Assembly: GCF_964355755.1 (NCBI RefSeq)
Contig: NC_092676.1
Location: 16,138,871 to 16,202,870, forward strand
DNA length: 64,000 nucleotides
Reading direction: 5' to 3'
Origin: Antedon mediterranea
Taxonomy: Eukaryota; Animalia; Echinodermata
This document shows, piece by piece, positions 50,880 through 63,086 of the stretch (positions are counted from its first letter, which is position 1; each line of letters opens with the position of its first letter). Under the pieces are notes generated by a model, which did no database searches, was not told the origin of the DNA, and was given only the letters and a program-made list of their open reading frames with translations. Both the position numbers and the translations under genes were made by a program.

Positions 50880-51760
50880 TTGTGTTTGTGTTGGTCGGCG
50901 ATTATTATTTGAAGTGATGTGTTATTGGGGAGGTGTTCCGGGCGTTTATTCAAATATATACCATACTAATTGTTATATTATATTATTCTGCGACACAGTG
51001 GCCCGTTTCGGCCTTAGAAGGAAAACGGTTTAAACGGCTTGCAACATGGGCAAAAATCTCCCAGGGTCCTAACGGGACACAAATAGCGCACAGTTATACA
51101 GTCCTGCCAGCTTACTCAACAACTCGGCTAACTAGTATATGGTTGTGTGTCGTGCCTCCTTGGGATGTCCAGGTGTATTTGTGTATATTTCGATGTGGAA
51201 AGATTGTACCAGTTATCACCAAGTAGTTTAGACCGCAATAGTCAACAAGTGTTTCAAATGCCGTGTTTCCACATTATTCTTCCGTATCCTTCATTTTCCT
51301 TGCCCACTTATGCATAAAAAATCTCCCATTACAATAAGTAGATCGTGTGTGTGCATGCTGTTCATGACTGATTGTAGAAGTTGTCTTTCTCTTCTTCGGT
51401 TGCATCATTTGTTGGTGCATACGTTTGGATGATTGACAATTCATGAATTTTTAGAACAATCTTGCATATATAATTCTACTATTTATTAGTTTCCATTCGA
51501 ATAGTGATTTCTCGGCTTTCTTTGACATCATTAGTGCCACACCGTGACGTTGTCTTCTCTCCCTGAAAATATTACTATCTCTCCTGTGCTAAATCTGACT
51601 CTTCTAAATCCTAGCCATTTGCATTCACTTACTCCTAGTATATCGATTCAACATATCTATTTCTTTTGCCAGTTGTGCTGATTTCCCAATTGTGGACAAT
51701 GTTCTGACATTCCCACACCCAACATTTTTAATTTCTTGTGGCTTGGTTATTGACGTCCTC
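50880..51760 (-). mobile_element. RTE-clade LINE 5' fragment (APE endonuclease), degraded
   Basis: Minus-strand remnants VGCGNVRTL, HGVALM, YAPTN and GDF match an RTE endonuclease. Many disruptions. Confidence 0.65.
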
Positions 51761-51849
51761 TCGGCGTTGGTCTAACAGCGTCATACTTTCCACATACGTG
51801 ATGTTATCATCAGCTGGTATTTGGAGTTTCTAGTGTTCTATGGTGTTTT

Positions 51850-53146
51850 ATTTCGCTTTTCGTCCAAATCTTGAACTAGCCGATCCCGACACTTGATGTT
51901 ACAAATGTCAGGCGTCAGAACACGCCATGCTTGCCCAACCTCCATACGAAGTATTAAATAGCACGCACTCTGTATTCTTTTAGCATGGACATAATATTCT
52001 TTGAAATGGATCAACATATCAGTAGAGTGACCATACAATCGACACAGCTAGGTTCAAGTCCTCGACTCTTGTGCTGGTGGTAGTACAAGTCTTCTCGAAT
52101 AAGGATTTAAAACTGGAGGTCCAGTGTACACATCATAGCTCGTGTGCACTTTAAACAACCAGTCTGGGTGTCTTTAAAGTGGGTTTGAATGAAATTTAAA
52201 AACTTGTTTAAAACTGTTAGTTTTTCGTTGTAAATAGGTATATATTACAGAACATACCTATTGGAATTCGGTTCATTAATAACTTCACAAATAAAAAAAG
52301 AAACTTATCTGTATCTTTCATTCGAGATATTAAATAGCACGCCCTCTTTATTCCTTCAACATGAACATGTTGCTCACAGCTCACTATGTCGGTCGGTTGG
52401 TTGGTCGGTTGGTCGGTCGGTCAGTCGGCTGGTCGGTAAACAAATTTGTATGTGGCCTTGTTTGACATGGATCAAAACATCAGCAGTCAAGTGGTCAAGG
52501 TAGGAACAATGGCAATACAATCGGCACAGGTTCAAGACACTGCGCTAGCAGTAGAACAAGTCTTATCTTTTCGGATATATGTGGTAGTACCTATGTGTCG
52601 TCCACTTCTGTGCGTAATTCAGCCCAGGTTATTCCCCCGTTTACCTATTTTACCTATTTACAAAATTACAAAAAGCAAAATATCAAGTATCTCTCTCACT
52701 CATTCCATTAGTTAACAGTAATTATTATTATGAAATACAAACAAAAAAATGCAATGATGTCGGGAATGTGGTTGTTACCTGTTGCTGTTACAATATTTCC
52801 ACATATTGAAATTGAAGTGAATCTTTAAATTTCCGTATATTAATAATTGTAAATAAAATGTACAAATCTAATTAACGCAGTTCTTGTTTGGTGTCATAAA
52901 ACAAGTAAGATAAATATCCATCGATACCTGTACATCAATAATTAGCACACTAGAATGATTTGAAGATTTGCACATAATTTTATAGACTTTGTTTACACAT
53001 TTACGTCAAAATAGGTAATGTTCACATTTACTCTCGTTATGTTTGCGCATTAGTTAGCGATGAATGTTTATTCTTATCTTCTCGCTATAGTATTTTGTGT
53101 GGAGGTGCGTGTGTGTGTGGGGGGGGGGGGGGAGATTGCGTTTTGT
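51850..53146 (+). repeat. Segmental duplication block B, copy 2 (LINE-empty)
   Basis: Colinear with 28784-31710 minus the LINE. Single site AATAAGGATTTAAA at 52098-52111; partial HINE at 52376-52463. Confidence 0.88.
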
Positions 53147-53502
53147 TCGAACCTTAGTTAATATATGGCTCCTACCCACTCAAGCTAGCCTTTTGGAGGT
53201 TGCCACCATCTTTTGCTTTCAAATTTTTATAATACTGAAATATATTGAAATAGAAATACTGATATTCTTTTTCTCGGATGAAAGCAATGATGTGTACATT
53301 CTTGTCATGTGTTCCTTTTTAAAACCTTATTATTATGTTTCCACCTTTTCTGCAATTAAAAGAAATAAATGTGTTTTTTTTAATTTGATATATGATTTAT
53401 TTTTCAGAGACAAATCCAGCTTAAACGATCTAGGCCTAATACTGTAATGTATTAGGCCTAATACATCAATATTGGTTGTATTTGTGTTTACGCTCTAGCA
53501 CT

Positions 53503-53630
53503 ATGGAGGACCTCGGTTGGGACAGCGAGTTAGCTATCAAGATTTTAAGACGGCTTATGTATGCATCTGAAACAATTGAATCGGTGAAAGAATGTGTAGA
53601 TTTCAAAGAAAGTTACTCGTCAATTTCCAG
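53503..53630 (+). pseudogene. DI-like paralog, coding exon 1 remnant
   Basis: MEDLGWDSELAIKILRRLMYASETIESVKECVDFKES versus MEDLGWDAELAINIVQRQKELLLAPDTMESYKERLDFKES. AG acceptor (53497-53498) and GT donor (53631) are retained, but a 4-nt loss shifts the phase. Exons 2-5 are not found. Confidence 0.85.
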
Positions 53631-54644
53631 GTAAAGAATACGTTCGGATTTTTGTTTTGAAATTAGGATTTGCATTATGTAGGTTTTACTTGTTAAAGGA
53701 CAACTTGACCGACGACCATCTTTTAACAACGTATTAGGGAGGGATGTACGTACATATAATTTCAGAACCATCGCGAGATTAAGGCACTGTCACTTGTGAT
53801 GAAACAAGATATACTCTATGAAAAGCTTATGCAAAAAAGAAGAAGAAAAGATAAGCAAGGGCGGTCGCAGAACTATTTTATTTGCATAATCTTTTCATAA
53901 AGTATATCTTATCTTATTGTTTTATCACAAGTGACAGTGTAAATATGGTTAGTGAAATATTTCGTAGATTTGTCCACATGACTATGTTTGAGTGTCTCAC
54001 ATTCATGTACACATCCCAATGTTATTTATGATTGAGAAATTTGTAAATGAGATCATTGTAAATTAGAAGCCTTAAACAACAACATTTGACGGGTTGGTTC
54101 ATTCAAACAAATGAATAAGGTGTTATATAGTATTGTTTAAAAGTGGCATAGGAAAAACAACGGCCTTAAAGGACAACTTGACTGAGGACCATATTTTTAC
54201 AACGTATTAGGGATGTACATATAATTTCAGAACAATCGCGAGATTAAGGATATTGCCACACGCGCTTGCCGTACAGCCGTTGCCGTAAATTGATGTGACG
54301 TCACAGGTGCATCGCAAAATCGACTTAATGAGTTCAGATAAGCAAAAGAAACAATAAAAAAAAAATCAACATTTATATTTTTTGATTTATTTACAAAGTA
54401 GGGGTTGCCCAAGAGTCCAGGACTGGGCGTAGATAACGAGTATTTGCGAAGCGAATTTTGTTAAATGACACCCCTAGATGGCCGGAAATGGTACTTTTGC
54501 ACGTGCAATTCACGATAAATGGCACCTCTAGTTCACCGAAAATAACATTTGAAAAAGTTAAAGCTGCTGCTATAAATATATATTGAGCAAAACGTTAAAT
54601 TGTATTATTTTGAAATTAATTCTAAATAAGTCAGTAAAAGCACT

Positions 54645-54890
54645 TTTGATTAAGACAGATTATGCCTGCTGTGGGGTATAGAACATAGAAATATATCAAT
54701 ACGTTTATTGACGCAACCAAACATTCCTTGTTTATTGTAAAGTAGTATACGCTTTATAAAATATATATTCCAAACTCAACAATAACGCAGAAGAACCCTA
54801 TGACGACGATTATGAAAATGTATTATTGTACAACTTAACCGTTTGATGTTTTATTGTCTTGATGCACTACTGTTCTATTTTGAAAATAAA
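54645..54890 (+). promoter_or_regulatory. Duplicated DI-like 3' UTR with an orphan SECIS (core ATGA 54800, TGAT 54844) and AATAAA
   Basis: Close copy of 25417-25690 with the SECIS core, AAA and mini-stem retained. Confidence 0.8.
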
Positions 54891-55029
54891 ATGGGTTTTT
54901 TTCAAATTACTCTATAACGCTTATTAAGTATGGTAAATATATTGTGCTTTATATAACTTAAGGCCCATTTACACTAGACCGATAACTATTGACGATATGA
55001 ATAGATAAAATATTTAAAAAGGTTTTATT

Positions 55030-56150
55030 CTAGAACTATTGGATAACAAATTATGTCTTTGATTAAAATAATGTTTCCACACGTCCAATCAAGTGACGCC
55101 ATGATTAGTATAGCTATACTATATTGACGATACAACGATGCTATAGCTGTGTTAACAGAGACTTGGCTGAATGATGCTACTATTGATTTTGTGAATTGTT
55201 CCGGTTTTAAAAAGTTCACGAAGAATAGATGCAACAAGAGAGGTGGTGGTGTTGCTATTTTGGTGATGATTTTGCCTGTGAATCTTGCATTGCACATGGT
55301 AGCTGTAATTTCGAATGCTTTTGGATAAAGACAACTATTCCAGGTAGTCACTTTATATTGGAGCTATTTATTATCCACCGTCTGCCGCTAATGCGGATTT
55401 GTTGATTGAGCACATTGTTGATACAATTGATAACATTCGTTCTATGGATTTCGCTGCTCCTATTGCTATTTTGGGTGACTTTAATGACCTAGATCTAGCT
55501 GAGCTGGAAGTGAATGTTGGACTGTCGCAAGTTGTTAACTTCGCTACACGAAAGGATGCCCTGTTGGACAAGATATTTTTGAGTCGTGCTGATCTTTACC
55601 ATCTTCCGCAATGCTTAGCGCCACTGGGTCGGAGTGACCATAATGCCATCCTATTGGAACCACTGATTGAATTACCTCAGCACAAGCGTCTATCAGTGCG
55701 TTCTCAGCCACATTGTGACTCCTCTGTTTTGTCCTTTGGTCAATGGGTGACAACCCATGAGTGGAATGATGTGCTGAATATTGAGGACGTCAATCGAAAA
55801 CCAAAATGTTCTCTTCAATTTTGAATGGTGCTTTTAACAAGATCTTTCCTGTGCTGATTAGGAACAAGCGCACTGCTGACAAGCCCTGGATGTCTGACAA
55901 GATTCGAAGATTAATTGTCTCTAGACAAAATTTGTTTCGTAGGTTTGGTAGAACGGATGAGTGGCGTTCAATTCGCAACTTAGTCCAAGATTGTATTAGA
56001 AAGGCTAAAAAAATTCCTTATTAAGTCTTAAACGTAACAACCCTGCCATGTGGCATAAAGGTATTAAACAACTATGTAATCTTAAGACTAAAAATACTAA
56101 TTTTACCATGCCTGGGCTGTCCAAAGTTGAAACTGCCTCTGAGATCAATT
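55030..56150 (+). mobile_element. LINE 5' fragment with APE endonuclease (L2/Rex1-like), defective
   Basis: TETWL, IYYPP, ILGDFNDL, LDKIF, PLGRSDHNAIL and KPWM motifs, with frameshifts. Confidence 0.82.
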
Positions 56151-56154
56151 AATT

Positions 56155-59100
56155 TTTGGTAGAATAATAATCCTGAAAAGTCTTGCACTATCTAAATTAA
56201 CATATGCTGCAAATATCACTGATGTTCCAAAATATGTATATTAGTAGGCCTGTTAAGTGACCCAATCCTTCAAATTGTGATAACATTCTGAAACTTTGCA
56301 CAGTTATTCATTAGGGTGTCAAAAATATGAAATGGAAGGGTTGCACAAAATTTGGTCAGGGGAAAGCCGCCATTTTGGATTTCAAAATGGCGGACCGAAA
56401 TTGTTCACTTTTCAGGTATATCTCTGCTAAATAGGCACCTAGAGTTCTGAATTTAGGTGCAAATAATATGGTAATGGGGTCACCAAACATATTGGTATAA
56501 CTAACATTTTAATTGCATGGCGGCCATTTTGGATTTCAAAATGGCGGACTTCAAATTTTCACTTTTTAGGTATATCTCTGCTAAAGAGGCACCTAGAGTT
56601 CTGATTTTAGGTGCAAATTATATGGTAGTGGGGTCACCAAACATACTGGTATAACTAACATTTTGATTCCATGGCGGCCATGTTGGATTTCAAAATGGCG
56701 GATTTCAAATTTTCATTTTTCAGGTATATCTCTGCTAAAAAGGCACCTAGAGTTCTGATTTTAGGTGCCAATTATATGGTAATGGGTAACCAAACATATT
56801 GGTATTTAACTGACATTTTTATTGCATGGCGGCCATTTTGAATTTCAAACCTACAGTTATAATTTTAGGTACAAAGTATATTATAGTATTGAGGTCAACA
56901 AACATATTAGTATAACGTCTTTGATTGCATGGCGGCCATTTTGAATGTAGCTCAACCCGTACTGGCTTTACACTATTTGTTTATCTTCATAATTACATGC
57001 ATTTAACACGGACACTTATTGTAGGTCACATTTTCCCTGGCAACCACACAGCTCTGTACATCGTAAATCACTCTTTCTGCATTTACAGCATCCAAGATCA
57101 CAGTCGGTGTGTCCACAGCGAATTAAAACCTTTCTGACATCTGAAAGTTCCGGCAATGAACTCCAAGCTGGACTAAATTTTTTGCCGTCCTTCCTCTATC
57201 CCCATTTCGCTGGGTCCTGTTCAACCCTGAATGCATCTAGACAGTCGTACCACTTCCTGGCTTCCGTTTCAAATGTTCTCTTAATGCCGCAGATGTTGGG
57301 GGATATTTTCAATAGTCTTTCTCTTGTAAAAAGATATCGTCTTGCATCATTAAATGTTCTGCAGTAGACATAGTTACAACAAACTGTTCTAGATAATCTG
57401 TGTCTGTTTCACTGACTGTCTGTTTCCTACAGACAATGACATCCTCTCAAAAACTGGAGTCATACATGGCATCTTTTTCAAGGTCTCGTTAAATGTAGCT
57501 TTACCTTTTCCTTAAACAGATGAAGTTCTATCACAACCGCTAATGGCATGAAAGAACAAGTAAGCGGCTGATGCTTGTGATCCAAGAGAAGAAGCAATCT
57601 CGTGTATTGGGATGTACTTCAAGTGCTTCCCCACTCCAAACTCGATCCGAAGCTCGTGGATGCCAGGTATTTTGTGGAAAGCTGACAACAACATCACTGT
57701 GTACAGTCTTGATAATGCGTGGAAAATTTCAGCGGCAAGTTTAACGTGAACAAACATACGTTCATCTACCTCTTCTATGTTACATGGCATCAGCGATTGT
57801 ATATTTACTGGTTTGTTACAGCTCTGTCTCCCAAAGACCCTACAAACATTCCGTGATTTGTGCCAATGTTCTCTACTACTTCAGTTACAATAAATGAAAA
57901 CAACTCTGATTTGTTGTCATCAAATCTAAAAAATGTGGTCCAATTGTTGGGCATGCTCCCGCTGGCTTTAACGACCCTGCTTACACCAGAGACGCGGTTT
58001 GAACGCGTACCAGACTTTAAACTGTCGTTAAAGTATCTATCGTGTCACTGATCAAAGTTGATGGTTGTATGACACTTGATATATACTCAATGAATGTCTT
58101 CGAATCATTGGGTCTGAGCATATTGATTATTGCTGGTCCATCTAACACCTTGGCAGCAACTAATGGTGCTTCATTTTGTCGTACAACCATATATAGACCA
58201 TCAACTTCGATCAGTGACGCGACCAGATTTGGTTTTCGATAGATAGTTTAACGACGGTTTAAAGTCTAGTACACGTTCAAACCGCGGCACTGGTGTAAGG
58301 AGGGGCGTCAAAGCCAGTGGGAGCATGCCCAACAATTGGACCACATATTCGAGATATGATGACAACAAATCAGAGTTGTTTCATTAATTGTAACTGAAGT
58401 AGTAGAGAACATTGACACAAATCACGGAATGTTTGTAGGGTCTCTGAGAGACAGAGCTGTAACAAACCAGTCTGTAAAAATATACAACCGCTGATGCCAT
58501 GTAACATAGAAGAGGCAGATGAACGTATGTTTGTTCATGTTAAACATGCCGCTAAAATTTTTCCGCGCATTCTTGTCAAGACTGTAGACAGTAATGTTGT
58601 TGTTATTTCATTGTCAACTTTCCACAGAATACCTGGCATCCACGAGCTTTGGATCGAGTTTGGAGTGGGGAAGCACTTGAAGTATATCTCAATACACAAG
58701 ATTACTTCTCTTGGATCACAAGCATCAGTCGCTTGTTCTTTCATTCCTTTAGCAGTTGTGATACAACTTCATCTGTTCAAGGAAAGGAATTTGAGACGAT
58801 GTCATTGTCTGTAGGGGATGTTAGTGACACAGATTATCTAGAACAGTCTAGATGGATTCAGGGTTGAACAGGACCCAGCAAACTGGGGATGGAGGAAGGA
58901 CGGCAACAAATTTAGTCCAGTTTGGAGTTCATTGCCGGAACTTTCAGATGTCACAAATTAGGTTTTAATTCGATGTGACACACTGACTGTGATCTTGGAC
59001 GCTGGAAATGCAGAAAGAGTGATTTATGATGTACAGAGCTGTGTGGTTACCAGGTTTGAGCTACATTCAAAATGGCCGCCATGCAATCAAAGACGTTATA

Positions 59101-61055
59101 CCAATATGTTTGTCGACCTCAATACCATATTATACTTTGTACATAAAATTATAACTGTAGGTACCGTACTGAAACATTTTGAGCTTGCCATTTTGAAATT
59201 CAAAATGTCCGCCATGCAATCAAAATGTTAGTTAAATACCAATATATTTGGTGACCCATTACCAGTTGCACCTAAAATCAGAGCACTGTGTACCTTTTTA
59301 GCAGAGATATACCTGAAAAGTGAAAATTTGGGGTCCGCCATTTTGAAATCCAACATAGCCGCCATGTAATCAAAATGTTAGTTATACCAATATGTTTGGT
59401 GACTCCATTACCATAATTATAATTTGCACCTAAAATCAGAATTCTAGGTGCCTTTTTAGCAGAGATATACCTGAAAAGTGAAAATTTGAAGTCCGCCATT
59501 TTGAAATCTAACATGGCCGCCATGCAATCAAATGTTAATTATACCAATATGTTTGGTGACCCCACTACCATATATTTTGCATTTAAAATCAGAACTCTAG
59601 GTGCCTCTTTAGCAGAGATATACCTGACAAGTGAAAATTTGAGGTCCGCCATTTTGAAATCCAAAATGGCGGCTTTCCCCTGACCAAATTTTGTGCAACC
59701 CTTCCATTTCATATTTTTGACACCCTAATGAATAACTGTGCAAAGTTTCAAAATGTTATCACAATTTGAAGGATTTGCCTAAAATATGCACCTTAACATG
59801 CCTACTATATACACAAGTTACAAATCTAATATATAATTTTATTTGGAACAATAAAAGGGAAAAGATAAAAAGAAAAACTCTAATTGGTGATGTTGAGATG
59901 GGAGGCATTAAAATGCCTGATTTTACTCTTCATGTTAACGCACTCATGTGTGGCTGGTTAAAAAGAATTATGAATGATGATGGTGCTAAATGGAAACATA
60001 TTCAAATGTATTATATTAAAAAAATATGTGATGTTAATGTTTTACTTAATATGTCATGTTATAACATTATTGATGTTAATTCTGATAAAATTCCACTGTT
60101 TTACAAAAATATGATAAAAACCTACATAAATTATAACAGAATCTCTAAAAAAAAACCTGAAACTTATAACGATATAATGAATGAGCAACTGTGGGGAAAC
60201 CACTACGTTAAACTAAAAAAATCGCTTTTCTACAAGCATTAGATTGACAGTGGCATTATCAGTATTAAAGACATTGTTAATAAGAACACTTTTTTAACAT
60301 CAAACGAAATACTGGTGAAACTACAATGTAAAACAAACTGGTTAAATGAGTATTTGTGCATTATTAAGGCAATACCAATTCAATGGAAACGTATTATTAA
60401 GGAGGTAGATATTTTCAATTGTGATGATAATGATGAATTAGTTGGGACCAAGTATGAGATTAATACTACCAAACTAATATACTCATGGTTTGTGAAAGAA
60501 TATTTCATTATTCCAATGTCACAACTAAAATGGGAAGAGTACTTCAATGATAACAACATTGATTGGAAAACTTCTTGGTTACGGAAAGTATGTAAAATGA
60601 AAGATAAGAAACTAGCACAATTCAATTATAAGATGTTACATAGAATACTGCCTACCAACAAACGGCTGTATCAGTGGAAAGTTAAGGAAACACAAACGTG
60701 TGACAAATGTGGAGAAATTGAAAATGAAAATCATTTGTTTTTTAGTTGTAGATTTATTCAGAAATATTGGAGGAAAATGCTTAGTATCTTTATAAGTTTA
60801 AATCACAATAATATATCATTTAAACAATTAATACTAGGAACGGGAGATAAGCTAATAGATTATATTTACACTTTTGCAGCATTTACTATTTATAGAATAA
60901 AAATGTTATCTGCACTAAATAAGCCAGTGGGTAAATCTTTATGGAATTCATTTAAAAGCAATATGTTATATAACATTGAATGTGAAACATATAACAATAA
61001 AGAAACAAGTATAGAAAAATGGGTAGCTTTAAGAAATAAGATTATGATAATATAA
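56155..61055 (+). mobile_element. Tx1/L1-clade LINE 3' fragment, split by the Academ-like element
   Basis: IILKSLALSKLTYAANITDVPKYVY (to 56241) continues as TQVTNLIYNFIW..GGIKMPD (from 59811). It also has FNYKMLHRILPTN and zf-RVT CDKCGEIENENHLFFSC. Internal stop near 60240. Confidence 0.88.
56242..59807. mobile_element. Academ-like foldback DNA transposon (non-autonomous, nearly fully palindromic)
   Basis: Termini TAGTAGGC..GCCTACTA with TSD TAT (56239-56241, 59808-59810). Inverted arms 56242-58041 and 58237-59807 carry 154-bp subrepeats and XPG/PIN-like remnants (EEADERMFVHV, KTVDS, FFHAISGCD) plus a Cys-rich tail. Confidence 0.85.
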
Positions 61056-61142
61056 TTTCTAATTTGATACGATTAACCGAAAAAGAATTACAGTGATACG
61101 GGTTACTGGTGGTACTGAGCTATTATTGTTTTTTTTATCATG

Positions 61143-62189
61143 TGTAGTGAATTTATCTTAGTTGGTTCCGAGCTTTCTCAGGCGTATATATATAACTCCA
61201 CGCGACGTATACAGTCACTGAATGATAACTCATACAAAAAGTATATTTAACTCAACTAGAACTTTTATTCCTTGTAATTCGATTAATACATCTTTCTACC
61301 ACTACCAGTCAAGCCTTAATATTCTCTTTATCAACTTTCCGTTTATCTACTCTGATCTTATTCTCTCTTCTCGTTTATCTACTCTGATCTTATTCTCTCT
61401 TCTCCCTTAATATCTATTACATTCTACTTTTATACTGGATATGCAAATTTTAGGCTTCAGAGGAGGATAACATTTTCCCTCCAAAAATTATACGATTTTG
61501 ATTGGCTAATAATAAGGCGGACCTGGTCTAAAGCATCCTTCTCTAAACACAGAGAATCACAACATCAATAATATGACATTCCTCTTTTTGGGAAAAAGAT
61601 TGTGTCAATCTTTCCAACAATTTAACATTTAAAACCATTTTACTTTAAACTATCTACTAATAACACCTCTATAATATTATTATGCACGGCTTAATCCATC
61701 TGCATTTCCATTTAATGATCCTTTCTTGTAAATAACTTTAAATTGATATCCTTGTAAAAACAGAGCCCATCTCATAAGTCTAACATTGGCACCCTTCATT
61801 GAGTCCATCCATCTCAATGCCTGGTGGTCAGTATGAACTTGAAATTCACAACCATACAGATAATACTTAAGTTTATTGATAGCCCAAACAATAGAGAGGC
61901 ACTCTTTTTCTGGCACAGAATATCTCTGCTCATGTACAGATAACTTTCTACTTAAGTACACAATGGGATAATCATTTCCCTCACCATCTATTTGGCTCAG
62001 CACTGCACCTATGCCATAATTTGAGGCATCGGTTTGCAATATAAACATCTTATCAAAATTTGGGGCTTCAGAGGAGGATAACATTTTCCCTCCAAAAATT
62101 ATACGATTTTGATTGGCTAATAATAAGGCGGACCTGGTCTAAAGCATCCTTCTCTAAACACAGAGAATCACAACATCAATAATATGACA
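61143..62189 (-). mobile_element. Internally deleted Ty3/Gypsy LTR element with terminal RNase H
   Basis: TSD TCATG (61138-61142, 62190-62194). 3' LTR 61143-61578; the 5' LTR remnant 62064-62189 is identical to 61453-61578. PPT AAAAAGAGGAA. RNase H TDAS..YSVPEKECL..TDH..NADGLSR ends in a stop. Confidence 0.9.
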
Positions 62190-62423
62190 TCATGTATATA
62201 AATATATTGTATAATCCGGGTTGTAAAATGAAAACAAACAAATGAAAATGTGTGAACTATTTTAAAACGGGATAGATGATAATGATGATACTGTCAAGTG
62301 TATAAAAAAATATAAGAAAATTAATGAAAAAAGGAGTAATACAGAATTCATATATGTAAAAATGTTACTTATGAACTGTAACGACATTTACAAGTTAAAT
62401 AATACGATTTTATGTAATATGAG

Positions 62424-62975
62424 ATTTGATTTTGATTTGATTTGATTTGATTTATTTCGGCATCAGTACATAAAATATCACAGACATACAATTAAAATTG
62501 GCAAATATAAAAATACCAATATAAAACAAGGATGCCAAGGATAACTTATAAAAGTCCTCTACGGACTTGTTTCCAATGAGGTCCTTTGAAAGAACAGCAA
62601 AAAAGACAAACAAAGCAACATAAAAAAAATACAAAAAACAGCAAAAAGGACAATCGAAAAAAGAAGAAGCGCTAATTAAATAGTTTCTAGAGCTAGTGAA
62701 CGTTCCTGTAGATACTTTTTAACTTTACTTTTAAAACAACAAACAGTTTGTGATTCCTTAATGTTAATTGGTAAATTATTCCATTCTTTAATAGCATTGT
62801 AAAAAAAGGTCACATGTGCCATTGGCTTGATAGTTGGGATTCTAAAATTAAAATTGCATCCCCTAGTATTGTAATTATGACTGTCTGAAATTATAATAAA
62901 ACGATTGCATAAATAAGGTGGACAACAATGATTATATATTTTAAAAACATGACAGACTCTAAGAAATTCGACAAT
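62424..62975 (-). mobile_element. L2/CR1-group LINE 3' fragment
   Basis: PPYL..HNYNTR..TFFYNAIKEWNNLP..FKSKVKKYL, then AATAAA and an (ATCAA)n tail. Confidence 0.82.
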
Positions 62976-63086
62976 AATATATATATATAAGATAATATGA
63001 ATGTGAATAAAAGTGGTGTTTGCGCCACAAAAGAGAAACAAAAACTATGTAATCTTAAGACTAAAAATACTAATTTCACCATGCCT

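Noticed and set aside
53693-54260. Two ~90-bp direct repeats starting TTAAAGGACAACTTGAC as missing deiodinase exons
   Set aside because: They show no similarity to DI exons 2-5 and look like Kolobok-type transposon ends.
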